Below, piece after piece: positions 8,847-18,699 of a DNA stretch of 64,000 nt. The notes beneath the pieces were generated by a model. That model had not been told where the DNA came from. It ran no database searches and saw only the letters and a program-made list of their open reading frames with translations. The translations under genes were made by a program, and so were the position numbers. Every line of letters starts with the position of its first letter. Position 1 is the stretch's first letter. Location: positions 2,650-66,649 of the forward strand of contig CAYLTE010000001.1 of NCBI GenBank assembly GCA_964386195.1, in the 5' to 3' direction. This DNA comes from an uncultured Burkholderiales bacterium. GTDB lineage: Bacteria > Pseudomonadota > Gammaproteobacteria > Burkholderiales > SHXO01.

Positions 8847-10085
8847 TCAGTGGTAGACCGACAGTTCCTTGCCGCGCGTCTCCGGCAGGAAGAAGACGGT
8901 GAGCACCACCATGGCGAAGGCCAGCCCGGTGACCATGCCGATGGCCGTGGCGAGCGGCATCATTCCCGAACTCAGGTACCCGACCAGCGGCGGTGAGAAC
9001 GCGCCCAGACCCCTGCCGACGTTGTAGACGAAGCCCTGCCCGGAACCGCGCACGCGGCTCGGGAAGAGCTCGGTGAGGAAGGCGCCGACGCCGCTGAAGT
9101 TGCCGGACAGGAAGAAGCCGAGCGGAAAGCCGAGGAACAGCATCGCTTCGTTGCTAATCGGCACCAGCGTGTACAGCACCGTCACCGCCGCGGTGCCGAC
9201 GGCGAACACGAAGAACGTGCGCCGTCTGCCGAGACGATCGGCCAGATAGGCGGCCACCAGGTAGCCGACGAAGGAACCCGCGATGATCATGAACGTGTAG
9301 CCCCCGGTGTTCAGCACCGAGAGATTGCGCACCGTCTTCAGGTAGGTGGGCACCCAGATGGTGACGGCGTAGTAGCCCGACATCATCCCGGTGGTCATCA
9401 GGCTGCCCAAGAGGGTCACGCGCAGCAGGTCCGGCTTGAAGATGTCGAGGAAGTGCCCGCCCGACTCGCGCACCTTCGTTCGTGTCGCGTGGAAGACCTC
9501 CGGATCCTTGACGTTGCGGCGCACGTAGAACACCAGCAGCGCCGGCAGCAGGCCGAGCCAGAACATCGCACGCCAGGCGATCTCCTCCGGAAGCACGGAG
9601 AACACCACGGCGAAGGTCACCGCGGCCAGTCCCCAGCCTACCGCCCAGCCGCTCTGGACCGTGCCCACCGCCTTGCCGCGGTGCTGGGCGCGGATGATCT
9701 CGCCGACGAGCACCGATCCCACCGCCCACTCGCCACCGAAACCCAGACCCTGCAGGGCGCGCGTCACCAGCAGCTGCTCGAACGACGTGGTGAACCCGGA
9801 CAGGAACGTGAACAGCGAGAACCACACGATGGTGATCTGCAGCACCCGCACGCGGCCGAAGCGGTCCGCGAGGATGCCGGCGGCCCAGCCGCCCACGGCG
9901 GACAGGATCAGGGAAGCGGTGGCGATCAGCCCGGCCTCCGCCTTCGTCATGCTCCACGCCGCGATCAGCGTGGGGATGAGGAAGGTGTACACGGTGAAAT
10001 CGAACGCATCCACCGACCAGCCCGCAAAGGCGGCGATGAAGGTCCGGCGCTCGGGCTTGGTGAGATCGCGATACCAGTCGAACAC
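8847..10085 (-). CDS. MFS transporter
   Basis: 412 aa with about 12 TM segments and a GILADRFGRVR-type loop motif. Confidence 0.9.
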   Translation of the reverse strand: MFDWYRDLTKPERRTFIAAFAGWSVDAFDFTVYTFLIPTLIAAWSMTKAEAGLIATASLILSAVGGWAAGILADRFGRVRVLQITIVWFSLFTFLSGFTTSFEQLLVTRALQGLGFGGEWAVGSVLVGEIIRAQHRGKAVGTVQSGWAVGWGLAAVTFAVVFSVLPEEIAWRAMFWLGLLPALLVFYVRRNVKDPEVFHATRTKVRESGGHFLDIFKPDLLRVTLLGSLMTTGMMSGYYAVTIWVPTYLKTVRNLSVLNTGGYTFMIIAGSFVGYLVAAYLADRLGRRRTFFVFAVGTAAVTVLYTLVPISNEAMLFLGFPLGFFLSGNFSGVGAFLTELFPSRVRGSGQGFVYNVGRGLGAFSPPLVGYLSSGMMPLATAIGMVTGLAFAMVVLTVFFLPETRGKELSVYH

Positions 10086-10120
10086 CCGTTCCTCCGTTTT
10101 CGTCTCGTTGTTCGGTTCGG

Positions 10121-11386
10121 CTAGGCCGGTGACAGTTCGATCGGTCGCCGGGTCATCGTCAGCAGGATTAGCGCACCGCCCACCAGCAGCACGCCGGCGA
10201 TGGCGAACGCCCAGTTGTAGTTTCCCGTTGCATCGATGACGTAACCGGTCACGATCGGCGCCGCGATGCCGAATGCATTGCCGCCGACGATCAGAATGCT
10301 CATCGCCTTCCCCGCGTCCTCGGGGCTGCGCAGCAGGTCGTTGACCAGTGAGAAGTTCAGCGAGATGGCGCTGGCCATGCCGGTGAGCGAGAGGGTGAAC
10401 AGCAGCAGCATGATCCAGACATTCTCGATCAGCGGCGTGAACAGGATCACCGCCGAGGAGAGCATCATGACCACGCCCATGTTGCGGCGCCGCCCCTCTC
10501 CCACGGTGGAGGAAGTCAGGAGCCGGTCACTCAGACGCCCGACCAGGATCCCGAGGATGGCGGCGCCCGCATATGGCAGCGCGGTGAACATTCCTGTCTT
10601 GAGCACGCTCAACCCGCGCGTGGACTGCAGATAGCTGGGCAGCCAAGTCAGAAACAGGTATTGCGTGTACACCGCGCACCCCTCGGAGAGCGCGAGTCCC
10701 CACATCGTGCGCGTGCGCAGCAGCTGGAGAATCCGGCCACTGCCCGTGCGTCGTTGCAATGCCTGGCTGTCCGCGCCGCGCTCGCGCAGGATCTTGGCGC
10801 GCTCCTCCTTGCCGAGCCAGCGCGCGCGTTCGGGCTGGTCGAACCACAGCAGCCAGGCGGCGAGCCAGATGAAACCGATCGCGCCCACGACCGCGAAGGA
10901 CAGGCGCCAGCCAACCTGGCTCACGATCCATGCGACCAGCAGGGCGCCCACGGCGGGCCCCGCCTGGGTGCCGGCCATGAAGATGGCGTTGGTCAGCCCG
11001 CGTTCGCCCGCGGGAATCCATTCGCGCACGACGCGTCCGCCGGCAGGAAAGGTGGACGCCTCGCCTACGCCCATCGCCAGGCGCGTGGCGACCAGTGAGG
11101 CGTAGTTCCACGCGGCGCCGGTCAGCATCGTGGCTGCCGACCACAGCGCGATGCCGGCGGCATTGATCGCCTTCGTACCGAACCGGTCGACCAGGATTCC
11201 CATCGGAATCAGGAAGAGCAGGTACGTCCACAAGAAGGACGAGAACAGATAGCCCATGGCGATGGGCGACAGGCCGAACTCCTCGGCAATCGGCTTGGCG
11301 GCGACCGACAGGGCGACGCGGTCGACGTAGTTGATCATTGCCAGCGTGAACAGGAACACGCTGATCCAGCCGCGGCGCCACGCCAT
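10121..11386 (-). CDS. MFS transporter (anion/acid:cation symporter-like)
   Basis: 421 aa. MINYVDRVALSVA and LVDRFGTK motifs. GAGGA RBS. Confidence 0.9.
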   Translation of the reverse strand: MAWRRGWISVFLFTLAMINYVDRVALSVAAKPIAEEFGLSPIAMGYLFSSFLWTYLLFLIPMGILVDRFGTKAINAAGIALWSAATMLTGAAWNYASLVATRLAMGVGEASTFPAGGRVVREWIPAGERGLTNAIFMAGTQAGPAVGALLVAWIVSQVGWRLSFAVVGAIGFIWLAAWLLWFDQPERARWLGKEERAKILRERGADSQALQRRTGSGRILQLLRTRTMWGLALSEGCAVYTQYLFLTWLPSYLQSTRGLSVLKTGMFTALPYAGAAILGILVGRLSDRLLTSSTVGEGRRRNMGVVMMLSSAVILFTPLIENVWIMLLLFTLSLTGMASAISLNFSLVNDLLRSPEDAGKAMSILIVGGNAFGIAAPIVTGYVIDATGNYNWAFAIAGVLLVGGALILLTMTRRPIELSPA

Positions 11387-11416
11387 CCCGATGATCCTCG
11401 AATTCGAATGCGTCGG

Positions 11417-12226
11417 CTACCGGGCGTCCATTTCGTCGAGAAATTCGCGCAGCGCCTCGGCGCACAGGTCGGCATGCGAGTACGGCAGGCCGTGCTTGCT
11501 GTGTGGAAACACCTGCAGGCGCGAGTGCGGCAGGCGTGACTTGAGGTCTGCCATCAGCGCGACGGGAATGAACGGGCTGGAGTCCGGATGCAGCAGCAGC
11601 ACCGGCATCTCCAGCGCCGCCAGCCGGGGCGACAGATCGGCACCGGCGAGCAGGCGCACCGCGCGCAGCAGGAAATCCGTGGACACCTCGGCCTGCACGC
11701 GCTCGTACCAATCGTGCATCCCCGGCGAGATGGTGCCGGGGAAGAAGCGCGCCTGCATCATGTGCGTCGACCACCCTCGCATCCCCCGCGCATCGATGAT
11801 CTGCTTCCAGTCGTCGAGATTGGCGATCGATCCGCCGACGTGTGCGCCGTTGCTCACCGTCAGCGTGAGCACGCGATCCGGCGCGCGCAATGCAGCGAGC
11901 AGGGCAAGCGTGCCGCCGATCGACTCACCCACGAGGTGGAAGCGTCCGATGCCCGCGGCATCGGTCACGGCGAACAGGTCGTCGACCAGCAGATCGAGGC
12001 TGAGCGGTGCGTCGCTCGCGGGATGGGCGGACTGCCCGTGGCCACGCATGTCGAAGCTCAGCATGCGATAGCGGTCGGCAAGCATCGGGGCCCAGGCGCG
12101 CCAGATTCCCGCGCTCGCGCCGAGACCATGATGGAACACGATGGTTTCCGGCTGCCCGATCCACGGCAAGGTGGCGTCGAGCAATTCGTAGTGCAGGGTG
12201 CAGTCGGCAACGTGCACGGCAGGCAT
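11417..12226 (-). CDS. alpha/beta hydrolase
   Basis: Start MPAVHVADC with GGGGGAGAGA RBS. Contains HHGLG oxyanion region, nucleophile elbow GESIGG, DMRGHGQS. Confidence 0.85.
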   Translation of the reverse strand: MPAVHVADCTLHYELLDATLPWIGQPETIVFHHGLGASAGIWRAWAPMLADRYRMLSFDMRGHGQSAHPASDAPLSLDLLVDDLFAVTDAAGIGRFHLVGESIGGTLALLAALRAPDRVLTLTVSNGAHVGGSIANLDDWKQIIDARGMRGWSTHMMQARFFPGTISPGMHDWYERVQAEVSTDFLLRAVRLLAGADLSPRLAALEMPVLLLHPDSSPFIPVALMADLKSRLPHSRLQVFPHSKHGLPYSHADLCAEALREFLDEMDAR

Positions 12227-12356
12227 TCTCTCCCCCTTGGTGCGACGATCGAGCATCGCTCCCGTTCTTGTGCGGCCACTCTAGCATATGATTGTCGAAA
12301 CGCAGGAAACGTGGAGAAGCGGCGCGCGCGGTGTGGCGTCGCATCGGACTTTCGAC

Positions 12357-13724
12357 ATGCCCAAGGTCTTCATCGGATGCGGCGCGGGGTTCGCCGGCGA
12401 TCGCTTCGACGCCGCGGTGCCGGTGGTACGCAACCTGGCGCAGTGCGACGGCGCGCGCTTTCTGGTGTACGAGGTGCTCGCCGAACGTACGCTGGCTATC
12501 GCGCAGAAGCTGCGCCGCGAGGACGCCGACGCCGGCTATTCGCCTTTCCTCGACCTGTACCTCCCGCTCGTGTTGCGCGAGTGCATGCAGCACGGCATCC
12601 GTATCGTCACCAACATGGGCGCCGCGAACCCGCTCGCGGCGGCGCGCCGCGTGCAGGCCCTCGCGCGGGAGCTCGGCGTGGCCGGACTGCGCGTGGCAGC
12701 ACTCACCGGCGACAATCTCCTCGACACGATGCAAGCCGACGAGGTGCGCGCCCAGCCGCTGATCGAGGGGCTCGACCTGGACGATCGTCCGATCGTCGCC
12801 GCCAACGCCTACCTCGGCGCCGACGCGGTGGCCGAAGCGCTCGCCACCGGCGCGCACGTCGTGCTGGTGGGACGCACCACCGATGCCGCTCTCTCGCTCG
12901 GCCCGCTGATGCACGTGCACGGCTGGCAGACGGATCAGCTCGACCTCCTCGCACAAGGAACCGCGTGCGGCCACCTGCTCGAGTGCGGCGGACAGGTCAC
13001 CGGCGCCTACTTCGCCGATCCCGGCTTCAAGGACGTGCCGGATCTCGCCCGGGTCGGATTTCCGATTGCCGAGGTCGATGTCGACGGCGGGCTCGTGATC
13101 ACCAAGGCCGCCGGTACGGGCGGGCGCGTGAGCCGCGCCACGGTGATCGAGCAACTGCTCTACGAGGTGCACGACCCGTTCAACTATCTGACCCCGGACG
13201 TCGTGCTGGATCTGGGCGGGGTGGAGGTCGAGGAGATCGGGACCGATCGGGTGCGCGTGATCGGCGCACGCGGCAGGCCGCCGCCGGCAACGCTCAAGGC
13301 GACCGTGTGCGTCGATGCAGGCTGGCTGGGCGAGGGCGAGATCTCCTACGCCGGACCCAATGCGCTCGCGCGCGCCGAGCTGGCCGCCAACGTGGTGCGC
13401 GAGCGCTGCAGGCTGATCGGCGTGAACGAGAAGGTGCGCGTGGAAGTACTGGGAACGCTGGCACTGTTCGACAGCGACGCGGGTGCCCGCAGGCCTCTCG
13501 TGCATGCCCCCGACGCCGGCGAGTACCGCGTACGGGCGGCGGTGCGCAGTCGCGATCGCGCCACCGCGCAGCGGGTCGCCGACGAGGTCCTCAGCCTGTA
13601 CTGCTCGGGGCCCGCCGGCGGCGCCGGCGTGCGGCAGCACGTCACGCCGCAGGTGGGCACCGCATCGATCCTGGTCGAGCGCGCGCGCGTCCAGCCGCGC
13701 GTCACCGTCGTGGAGCATCGATGA
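12357..13724 (+). CDS. AtuA-like (DUF1446) family protein
   Basis: Internal ATG gives MPKVFIGCGAGFAGDRFD..., the N-terminal signature I recall for acyclic terpene utilisation AtuA-family proteins. 455 aa. Confidence 0.85.
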   Translation: MPKVFIGCGAGFAGDRFDAAVPVVRNLAQCDGARFLVYEVLAERTLAIAQKLRREDADAGYSPFLDLYLPLVLRECMQHGIRIVTNMGAANPLAAARRVQALARELGVAGLRVAALTGDNLLDTMQADEVRAQPLIEGLDLDDRPIVAANAYLGADAVAEALATGAHVVLVGRTTDAALSLGPLMHVHGWQTDQLDLLAQGTACGHLLECGGQVTGAYFADPGFKDVPDLARVGFPIAEVDVDGGLVITKAAGTGGRVSRATVIEQLLYEVHDPFNYLTPDVVLDLGGVEVEEIGTDRVRVIGARGRPPPATLKATVCVDAGWLGEGEISYAGPNALARAELAANVVRERCRLIGVNEKVRVEVLGTLALFDSDAGARRPLVHAPDAGEYRVRAAVRSRDRATAQRVADEVLSLYCSGPAGGAGVRQHVTPQVGTASILVERARVQPRVTVVEHR

Positions 13725-14083
13725 GCACCGTCCGCGTCCCCCTGCACGCGGTCGCGCACGCACGCGCAGGCGACAAGGGCAACCGCTCGAACGTCAGCGT
13801 CGTCGCCTACCGCCCGGAGGTCTTCCCGTTACTGGTCGAGCAGGTCACCGAGGCCAAGGTGCTCGCGGTGTTCGCGCACAAGGGCGCGAGCGCCTGCAGG
13901 CGCTACGTGCTTCCGCATCTGCAGGCGATGAACTTCGTGATCGACGATGCGCTGGAGGGCGGCGTCAACGGCAGCCTGTGCCTCGACGGCCACGGCAAGT
14001 CGTTTTCCTTTCTGCTGCTGGGCGCGATCGAGGTGGACGTTCCGCCCGACTGCCTTCCCGACGCATCGCCTTATCGACGCTAG
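13721..14083 (+). CDS. small partner protein of AtuA-like gene (possibly DUF4387-like)
   Basis: ATGA start/stop overlap with the preceding gene. 120 aa: MSTVRVPLHAVAHARAGDKGNRSNVSVV.... It is the only protein-like part of track ORF 11588..14083. Confidence 0.7.
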   Translation: MSTVRVPLHAVAHARAGDKGNRSNVSVVAYRPEVFPLLVEQVTEAKVLAVFAHKGASACRRYVLPHLQAMNFVIDDALEGGVNGSLCLDGHGKSFSFLLLGAIEVDVPPDCLPDASPYRR

Positions 14084-14093
14084 ACGGCGCTCC

Positions 14094-15044
14094 CTAGGCG
14101 CTGGCTGCGTCGAGCGCGTCGATGTCGGCTCGTTCGAGTTTCAGATCGACTGCGCTGAACATCGTCTCGAGCTGCGCAATGCTGGTGGCGCTCACGATCG
14201 GCGCGGTGACGCTCGGGCGCGCCAACAGCCAGGCCAGCGCAACCGCCGCAGGCGCTGACTTGCGGCGCGCGGCGACCGCGTCGAGCGCGTCGAGCACGCG
14301 CATGCCACGGGCGTCGAGGTACTTCTTCGCGAACGCGGGACCACGGGGACTCTTGGAGAGATCCGCCTCCGTGCGGTACTTGCCCGTCAGGAATCCCGAG
14401 GCCAGGGAGAAATACGGGATGACGCCGAGTCCCTCGCGTACGCATACGGCCTCGAGGTTCTGCTCGTAGTCGCTGCGCTCGATCAGGTTGTAGTGCGGCT
14501 GCAGGGTCGCATAGCGCGGCCATTCGTGCGCCGCGCTCGCCTCGAGCGACGCCTCCAGCCGCGGCGCACCGAAGTTGGACGCCCCGATCGCGCGCACCTT
14601 GCCCGACTTCACCAGCATCGCGTGGGCCTCGAGCGTCTCCTCGACAGGCGTGTCGGGATCGTCCTTGTGCGACTGGTACAGGTCGATGTAGTCGGTCTGC
14701 AGCCGCCGCAGCGAATCCTCCACCGCCTGCAGGATGTAGGCCTTCTTCAGGCCCTTCTTCTCCTTGGTCATCTCCCAGCCGACCTTGGTGGCGATGACGA
14801 CGTCGCCGCGATTGCGCCGCGCCTTCATCCACTTGCCCAGCACGGTCTCCGATTCGCCGCCCACGTGTCCGGGCACCCACACGGAATAGACATCTGCCGT
14901 GTCGATGCAATTGAAGCCGCGCCCCACGAAGGCGTCGAGCAGCCGGAACGAAGTGTCCTCGTCGATGGTCCAGCCAAATACGTTGCCGCCGAACACCAGC
15001 GGCGCGATTTCGATGTCGGAGGTGCCCAATTTGCGTCGTTGCAT
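14094..15044 (-). CDS. aldo/keto reductase
   Basis: 316 aa. Contains GFNCIDTADVY, YQSHKDD and IGASNF motifs. Confidence 0.9.
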   Translation of the reverse strand: MQRRKLGTSDIEIAPLVFGGNVFGWTIDEDTSFRLLDAFVGRGFNCIDTADVYSVWVPGHVGGESETVLGKWMKARRNRGDVVIATKVGWEMTKEKKGLKKAYILQAVEDSLRRLQTDYIDLYQSHKDDPDTPVEETLEAHAMLVKSGKVRAIGASNFGAPRLEASLEASAAHEWPRYATLQPHYNLIERSDYEQNLEAVCVREGLGVIPYFSLASGFLTGKYRTEADLSKSPRGPAFAKKYLDARGMRVLDALDAVAARRKSAPAAVALAWLLARPSVTAPIVSATSIAQLETMFSAVDLKLERADIDALDAASA

Positions 15045-15059
15045 CGCTTTTCCTTGTTC

Positions 15060-16766
15060 CTACGGTTGGCTTGTCCCTCGAATGAGCCGCCCCGGCAGCG
15101 CACCGGTGGGGGTTCCATCCCGCATGACCTCGACGCCCGCCACGAAGGTGTGCCGGTATCCGGTCGCCCGCTGCACCAACCGACGTCCACCCGCAGGGAG
15201 GTCGTACACGACCTCGGGCCAGGTCACGCCGAGGGCATCGAAGTCGATCAGGTTGAAGTCCGCCCGATACCCCGGCGCGACGATACCGCGATCGTGCAGT
15301 CCATAGGTGCGTGCGGTGTCGGCCGTCTGCTTTCTGACCAGGAACTCCAGCGGGATCGCGCGGTGGCCGCGACGGTCCGCGCGCGTCCAGTCCTTGATCA
15401 TGCTGGTCGCGCTGCTCGCGTCGCACAGAAAACCCACGTGCGCGCCGGCATCGGCCAGTCCGCACACCGTGGCCTCATCCTCGAGCAGCGTGCCGATGAC
15501 GCCAAGGTCACCTTCGCTGTAGTTCTCGAAGGCGATGAACAGGATCTGCTTGCCGTCGCGCTCGAGCAGCCACTCGAGCGCGAGCTCCCACGGGTTGCGT
15601 CCGCTGCGCTGCGCCTGCGCGGCGAGGCTGTCCTCCATGCGCGGCTCGTAGTCGATCGGATCTGCGAGCTTGAAGGTGCGCGGCAGCAGCTGCGCGATCC
15701 AGCGGGTGTTCTGGTCGTCGGGCAGTTCCTGCCACAGCCGACGGCGCAGCGCCGCATCGGCATTGAGCCGGCGCACGCGCTCGCCCGGCGGCAGCGGCTC
15801 GAGTTCCCGCCACAACGGATGCGACAGGAAGGGATGAATGGTTCCCTCCAGGGTCATGTTCACGCTGATGGGACGGGACCCGACCTGACCGGTGACGTCC
15901 TGTCCGTTGCGGCGCGCGGCGTGGATGCGTGCGAGGGTGTCGCGCCACAGCTCGGGCGCGTTGTTCACCTGCAGCAACAACACCGTGAGCGGTCGTCCTG
16001 CCAACTCGGCGATGGCGCGTAGGACCTCGAAGTCGCCGTCGCCGAAGTCGGAGTTGACCTCGATCACGCCGCGTCCGGCGCGGCGCATGGCGCGCGCGAC
16101 GCCGGCCAGCTCCGGCTCGCGCGCCGACAGGCTCGGCGTGAAGCGTCCGTCGCGCGTCTTGTGCTTGATCGTGCGCGAGGTGCTGAAGCCGAGCGCGCCG
16201 GCGTGCAACGCCTCCTCCACCAGCGCCTCCATGCGCGCAACCTCGTCGTCGGTCGGCAGCGACCGATGGTCCGCGCCCCGCTCGCCCATGGCGTAGAAGC
16301 GCAACGCGGCGTGCGGAATCTGCGCGCCGATGTCCATGATGCGCGGCATCGACTCGAGGGCATCGAGATACTGCGGGAAGCTCTCCCAGCGGAACTCCAG
16401 CCCTTCGGCCAGCACCGTTTCCGGGATGTCCTCGACACCCTCCATCAGCTGGATCAGATAGCGCTCGCTGCCCGGGCGCACGGGCGCGAATCCCACACCG
16501 CAGTTACCGAATACCGCGGTCGTCACCCCGTGCCAGGACGAGGGCGTCAGATAGGGATCCCAGGTGGCCTGACCGTCGTAGTGGGTATGGATATCCACCC
16601 AGCCCGGTGTCAGCAGGAGGCCTTCGGCTGCGATCTCCCGACGGCCGGAGCCGATGTCCGTGCCCACGGCCGAGATCCGCTCCCCGTCTACCGCGACATC
16701 CGCCACCCTGCGCTTGGCGCCCGTGCCGTCGACCACGCATGCATTGCGTACCACCAGATCGTGCAT
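15060..16766 (-). CDS. amidohydrolase, N-acyl-D-amino-acid deacylase (D-aminoacylase) family
   Basis: 568 aa. [16 protein letters not shown]...[13 protein letters not shown]...[10 protein letters not shown], typical of the D-aminoacylase subfamily. Confidence 0.85.
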   Translation of the reverse strand: MHDLVVRNACVVDGTGAKRRVADVAVDGERISAVGTDIGSGRREIAAEGLLLTPGWVDIHTHYDGQATWDPYLTPSSWHGVTTAVFGNCGVGFAPVRPGSERYLIQLMEGVEDIPETVLAEGLEFRWESFPQYLDALESMPRIMDIGAQIPHAALRFYAMGERGADHRSLPTDDEVARMEALVEEALHAGALGFSTSRTIKHKTRDGRFTPSLSAREPELAGVARAMRRAGRGVIEVNSDFGDGDFEVLRAIAELAGRPLTVLLLQVNNAPELWRDTLARIHAARRNGQDVTGQVGSRPISVNMTLEGTIHPFLSHPLWRELEPLPPGERVRRLNADAALRRRLWQELPDDQNTRWIAQLLPRTFKLADPIDYEPRMEDSLAAQAQRSGRNPWELALEWLLERDGKQILFIAFENYSEGDLGVIGTLLEDEATVCGLADAGAHVGFLCDASSATSMIKDWTRADRRGHRAIPLEFLVRKQTADTARTYGLHDRGIVAPGYRADFNLIDFDALGVTWPEVVYDLPAGGRRLVQRATGYRHTFVAGVEVMRDGTPTGALPGRLIRGTSQP

Positions 16767-16775
16767 CCTGTTCCC

Positions 16776-17693
16776 CTACATGTGCGAATACATCAGCTTG
16801 CCCGCGACGTCGAGCTTCGCCCTGAGAATCGTGCCGCTCTCCGACTCGGTGATGTACAGAGTGTCGCGGTCCGGCCACCCGAAGGCGACGTTCGTGGTGG
16901 CACGCTGCGCGCACGAACGGATGCGGTAGCGCGGCTCGCCGAAGCGGTCGAAGGTCCACACACTTCCCAGGCGCACGTGCGCGACGACCAGCCCGCCCTC
17001 TTCGTCGAGCGCCAGTCCGTCCGGACCGCCGGCGCCCGACAACTGCACGAACACCCCGACCTTGCCCACGCCTGCGTGCGACATGAACGGCGCATGCCAC
17101 ACGCAGTTGCCGCGCGTCGCGGCGATGTACAGCGCGTTCTCGTCCTTGTTCAGCACCAGCCCGTTCGGGCTCGGCACGTTGTCCAGCAGAAGGTCCAGGC
17201 GCCCGTCTGCTCGCAGCCGGAACACCCGCCCGCGCGGGTCGTGAAGGCCGGTCATGCCCTGGTCGGTGAAATACAGGTCGCCGTTGGCGCCGAAGAACAG
17301 GTCGTTCACCGCCATGAAGCGCTCGGAGTTGTAGCGCACGAGGTAGGGCTCGACCTTGCCGTTCACCGGGTCGAGCAGCACGATGCCGTTCTTGTAGTCG
17401 GCCACGAAGAAGCGCCCGTCACGGTGGATCTTCAGTCCGTTGGGCCAGCCGTCGTACTCGGCGACGAGGTGGAAGGCGCCGTCGCGGGTCACCTTGAAGA
17501 TGCGCCCGTTCGGACAGTCGACGCACCACAGATTGCCGTCCCGATCGAAGGACGGGCCTTCCAGCAGCGAACCGCCGGGTGTGCCGAGCGGCTGCCCGGC
17601 CACCCAGCCGTTGGTGGGCCCCGCCGTCTTCAGCTCATCCGGAAGGCGCGCGAACACGGTGGAATCCAGGGGCTTGGGGGGCTCGAACAGCAT
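16776..17693 (-). CDS. SMP-30/gluconolactonase/LRE family protein
   Basis: Start MLFEPPKPLD. Contains LEGPSFDRDGNLW, PNGL repeated and YFTD, a six-bladed propeller lactonase signature. Confidence 0.85.
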   Translation of the reverse strand: MLFEPPKPLDSTVFARLPDELKTAGPTNGWVAGQPLGTPGGSLLEGPSFDRDGNLWCVDCPNGRIFKVTRDGAFHLVAEYDGWPNGLKIHRDGRFFVADYKNGIVLLDPVNGKVEPYLVRYNSERFMAVNDLFFGANGDLYFTDQGMTGLHDPRGRVFRLRADGRLDLLLDNVPSPNGLVLNKDENALYIAATRGNCVWHAPFMSHAGVGKVGVFVQLSGAGGPDGLALDEEGGLVVAHVRLGSVWTFDRFGEPRYRIRSCAQRATTNVAFGWPDRDTLYITESESGTILRAKLDVAGKLMYSHM

Positions 17694-17809
17694 GGTCTCG
17701 CGTACACGCAGGGAAGCGGCAACGATAGCAGATGGCACCGACGGCGTGGCAGGGCGGAGCCGCCCTGCACAGCACTCAACTTTCCTCGGAGGCGATCGAT
17801 ATAACCCCC

Positions 17810-18685
17810 ATGAACGCCCGATTCATGAAAGCGCTGCTCAAGCACCCCGATCGCTACCCGAACAAGCTGGACGAGCGCTACCCGCGCCTGCTCGAGCGGA
17901 TTGCCGAGCTGTGGGGCACGAAGCAGCTCGACCCGTTCCTGAACGATCTGCTGTACGACACCCGTGGCGGCCGTCAGGGCTTTCCCATGGAGGTGATGCT
18001 GGAACTGATGTTCCTGCAGACGCTCGCAATCGAGGTGCAGGGCCAGAGCGACGAGGATCCCTGGGGCGATGAGAAGGACGTCGTCTCCAGTTCCTCTGCC
18101 ACTACTGCCACCGACCTGCAGTCGCTGCTCGAACGGGCCATCCGCGATGGCAATCAGCTCGCCGTCCGGCGGGTGCTGGCCTCTGGAGCCAGCGCGTATC
18201 GCCGCACGGCCAGCGGCTCGAGCCCACTTGCAGTCGCCTGCTCGCTGGGTCACCGTGCTGTGGCCGGAATGCTGATCGAACACGGCGCCGACCCGAACAC
18301 CGCCGACGATCGCGGATTCACCCCGCTGCACTGGGCCGCGTTCAAGAACGTCCCCGATCTGGTGGAGCTGTTGATCGAGCGTCAGGCGGAGGTGAATGCG
18401 CGAACCAGCACCGGCGCCACCGCGTTGCACCAGGCGGCCGCGTCGGGCAACGTCCGTTCGATCGAGCTGCTCCTCGCCGCCGGCGCCCGTGTCAACGACG
18501 CCGACCAGGAAGGCGCCACGCCGCTCTACCGCGCATTGATCGCGGGTCACGTGGACGCCGCGCAACGACTGCACGAGGCCGGCGCCGACTGGTCCGCCAT
18601 GCATCGATCCGGGATCACCCCGGCTTCGCTCGCTCGCGGGAACGAGAGGCTGTCAGCACTGCTCCCCCTGTTCGACGCCGCCTGA
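17810..18685 (+). CDS. ankyrin repeat protein with uncharacterised ~95 aa N-terminal domain
   Basis: Start MNARFMKALL. The C-terminal half has about 5 ankyrin repeats (GFTPLHWAA, GATALHQAA, GATPLYRAL). Confidence 0.85.
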   Translation: MNARFMKALLKHPDRYPNKLDERYPRLLERIAELWGTKQLDPFLNDLLYDTRGGRQGFPMEVMLELMFLQTLAIEVQGQSDEDPWGDEKDVVSSSSATTATDLQSLLERAIRDGNQLAVRRVLASGASAYRRTASGSSPLAVACSLGHRAVAGMLIEHGADPNTADDRGFTPLHWAAFKNVPDLVELLIERQAEVNARTSTGATALHQAAASGNVRSIELLLAAGARVNDADQEGATPLYRALIAGHVDAAQRLHEAGADWSAMHRSGITPASLARGNERLSALLPLFDAA

Positions 18686-18699
18686 GCGGCGTCTGCCTC

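Noticed and set aside
11588-14083. 831 aa plus-strand ORF
   Set aside because: Most of it is an Arg/Gly/Pro/Ala-rich translation typical of an out-of-frame or antisense reading of GC-rich coding DNA. It overlaps the alpha/beta hydrolase and AtuA-like genes. Only the last 120 codons (13721-14083) look like a real protein.
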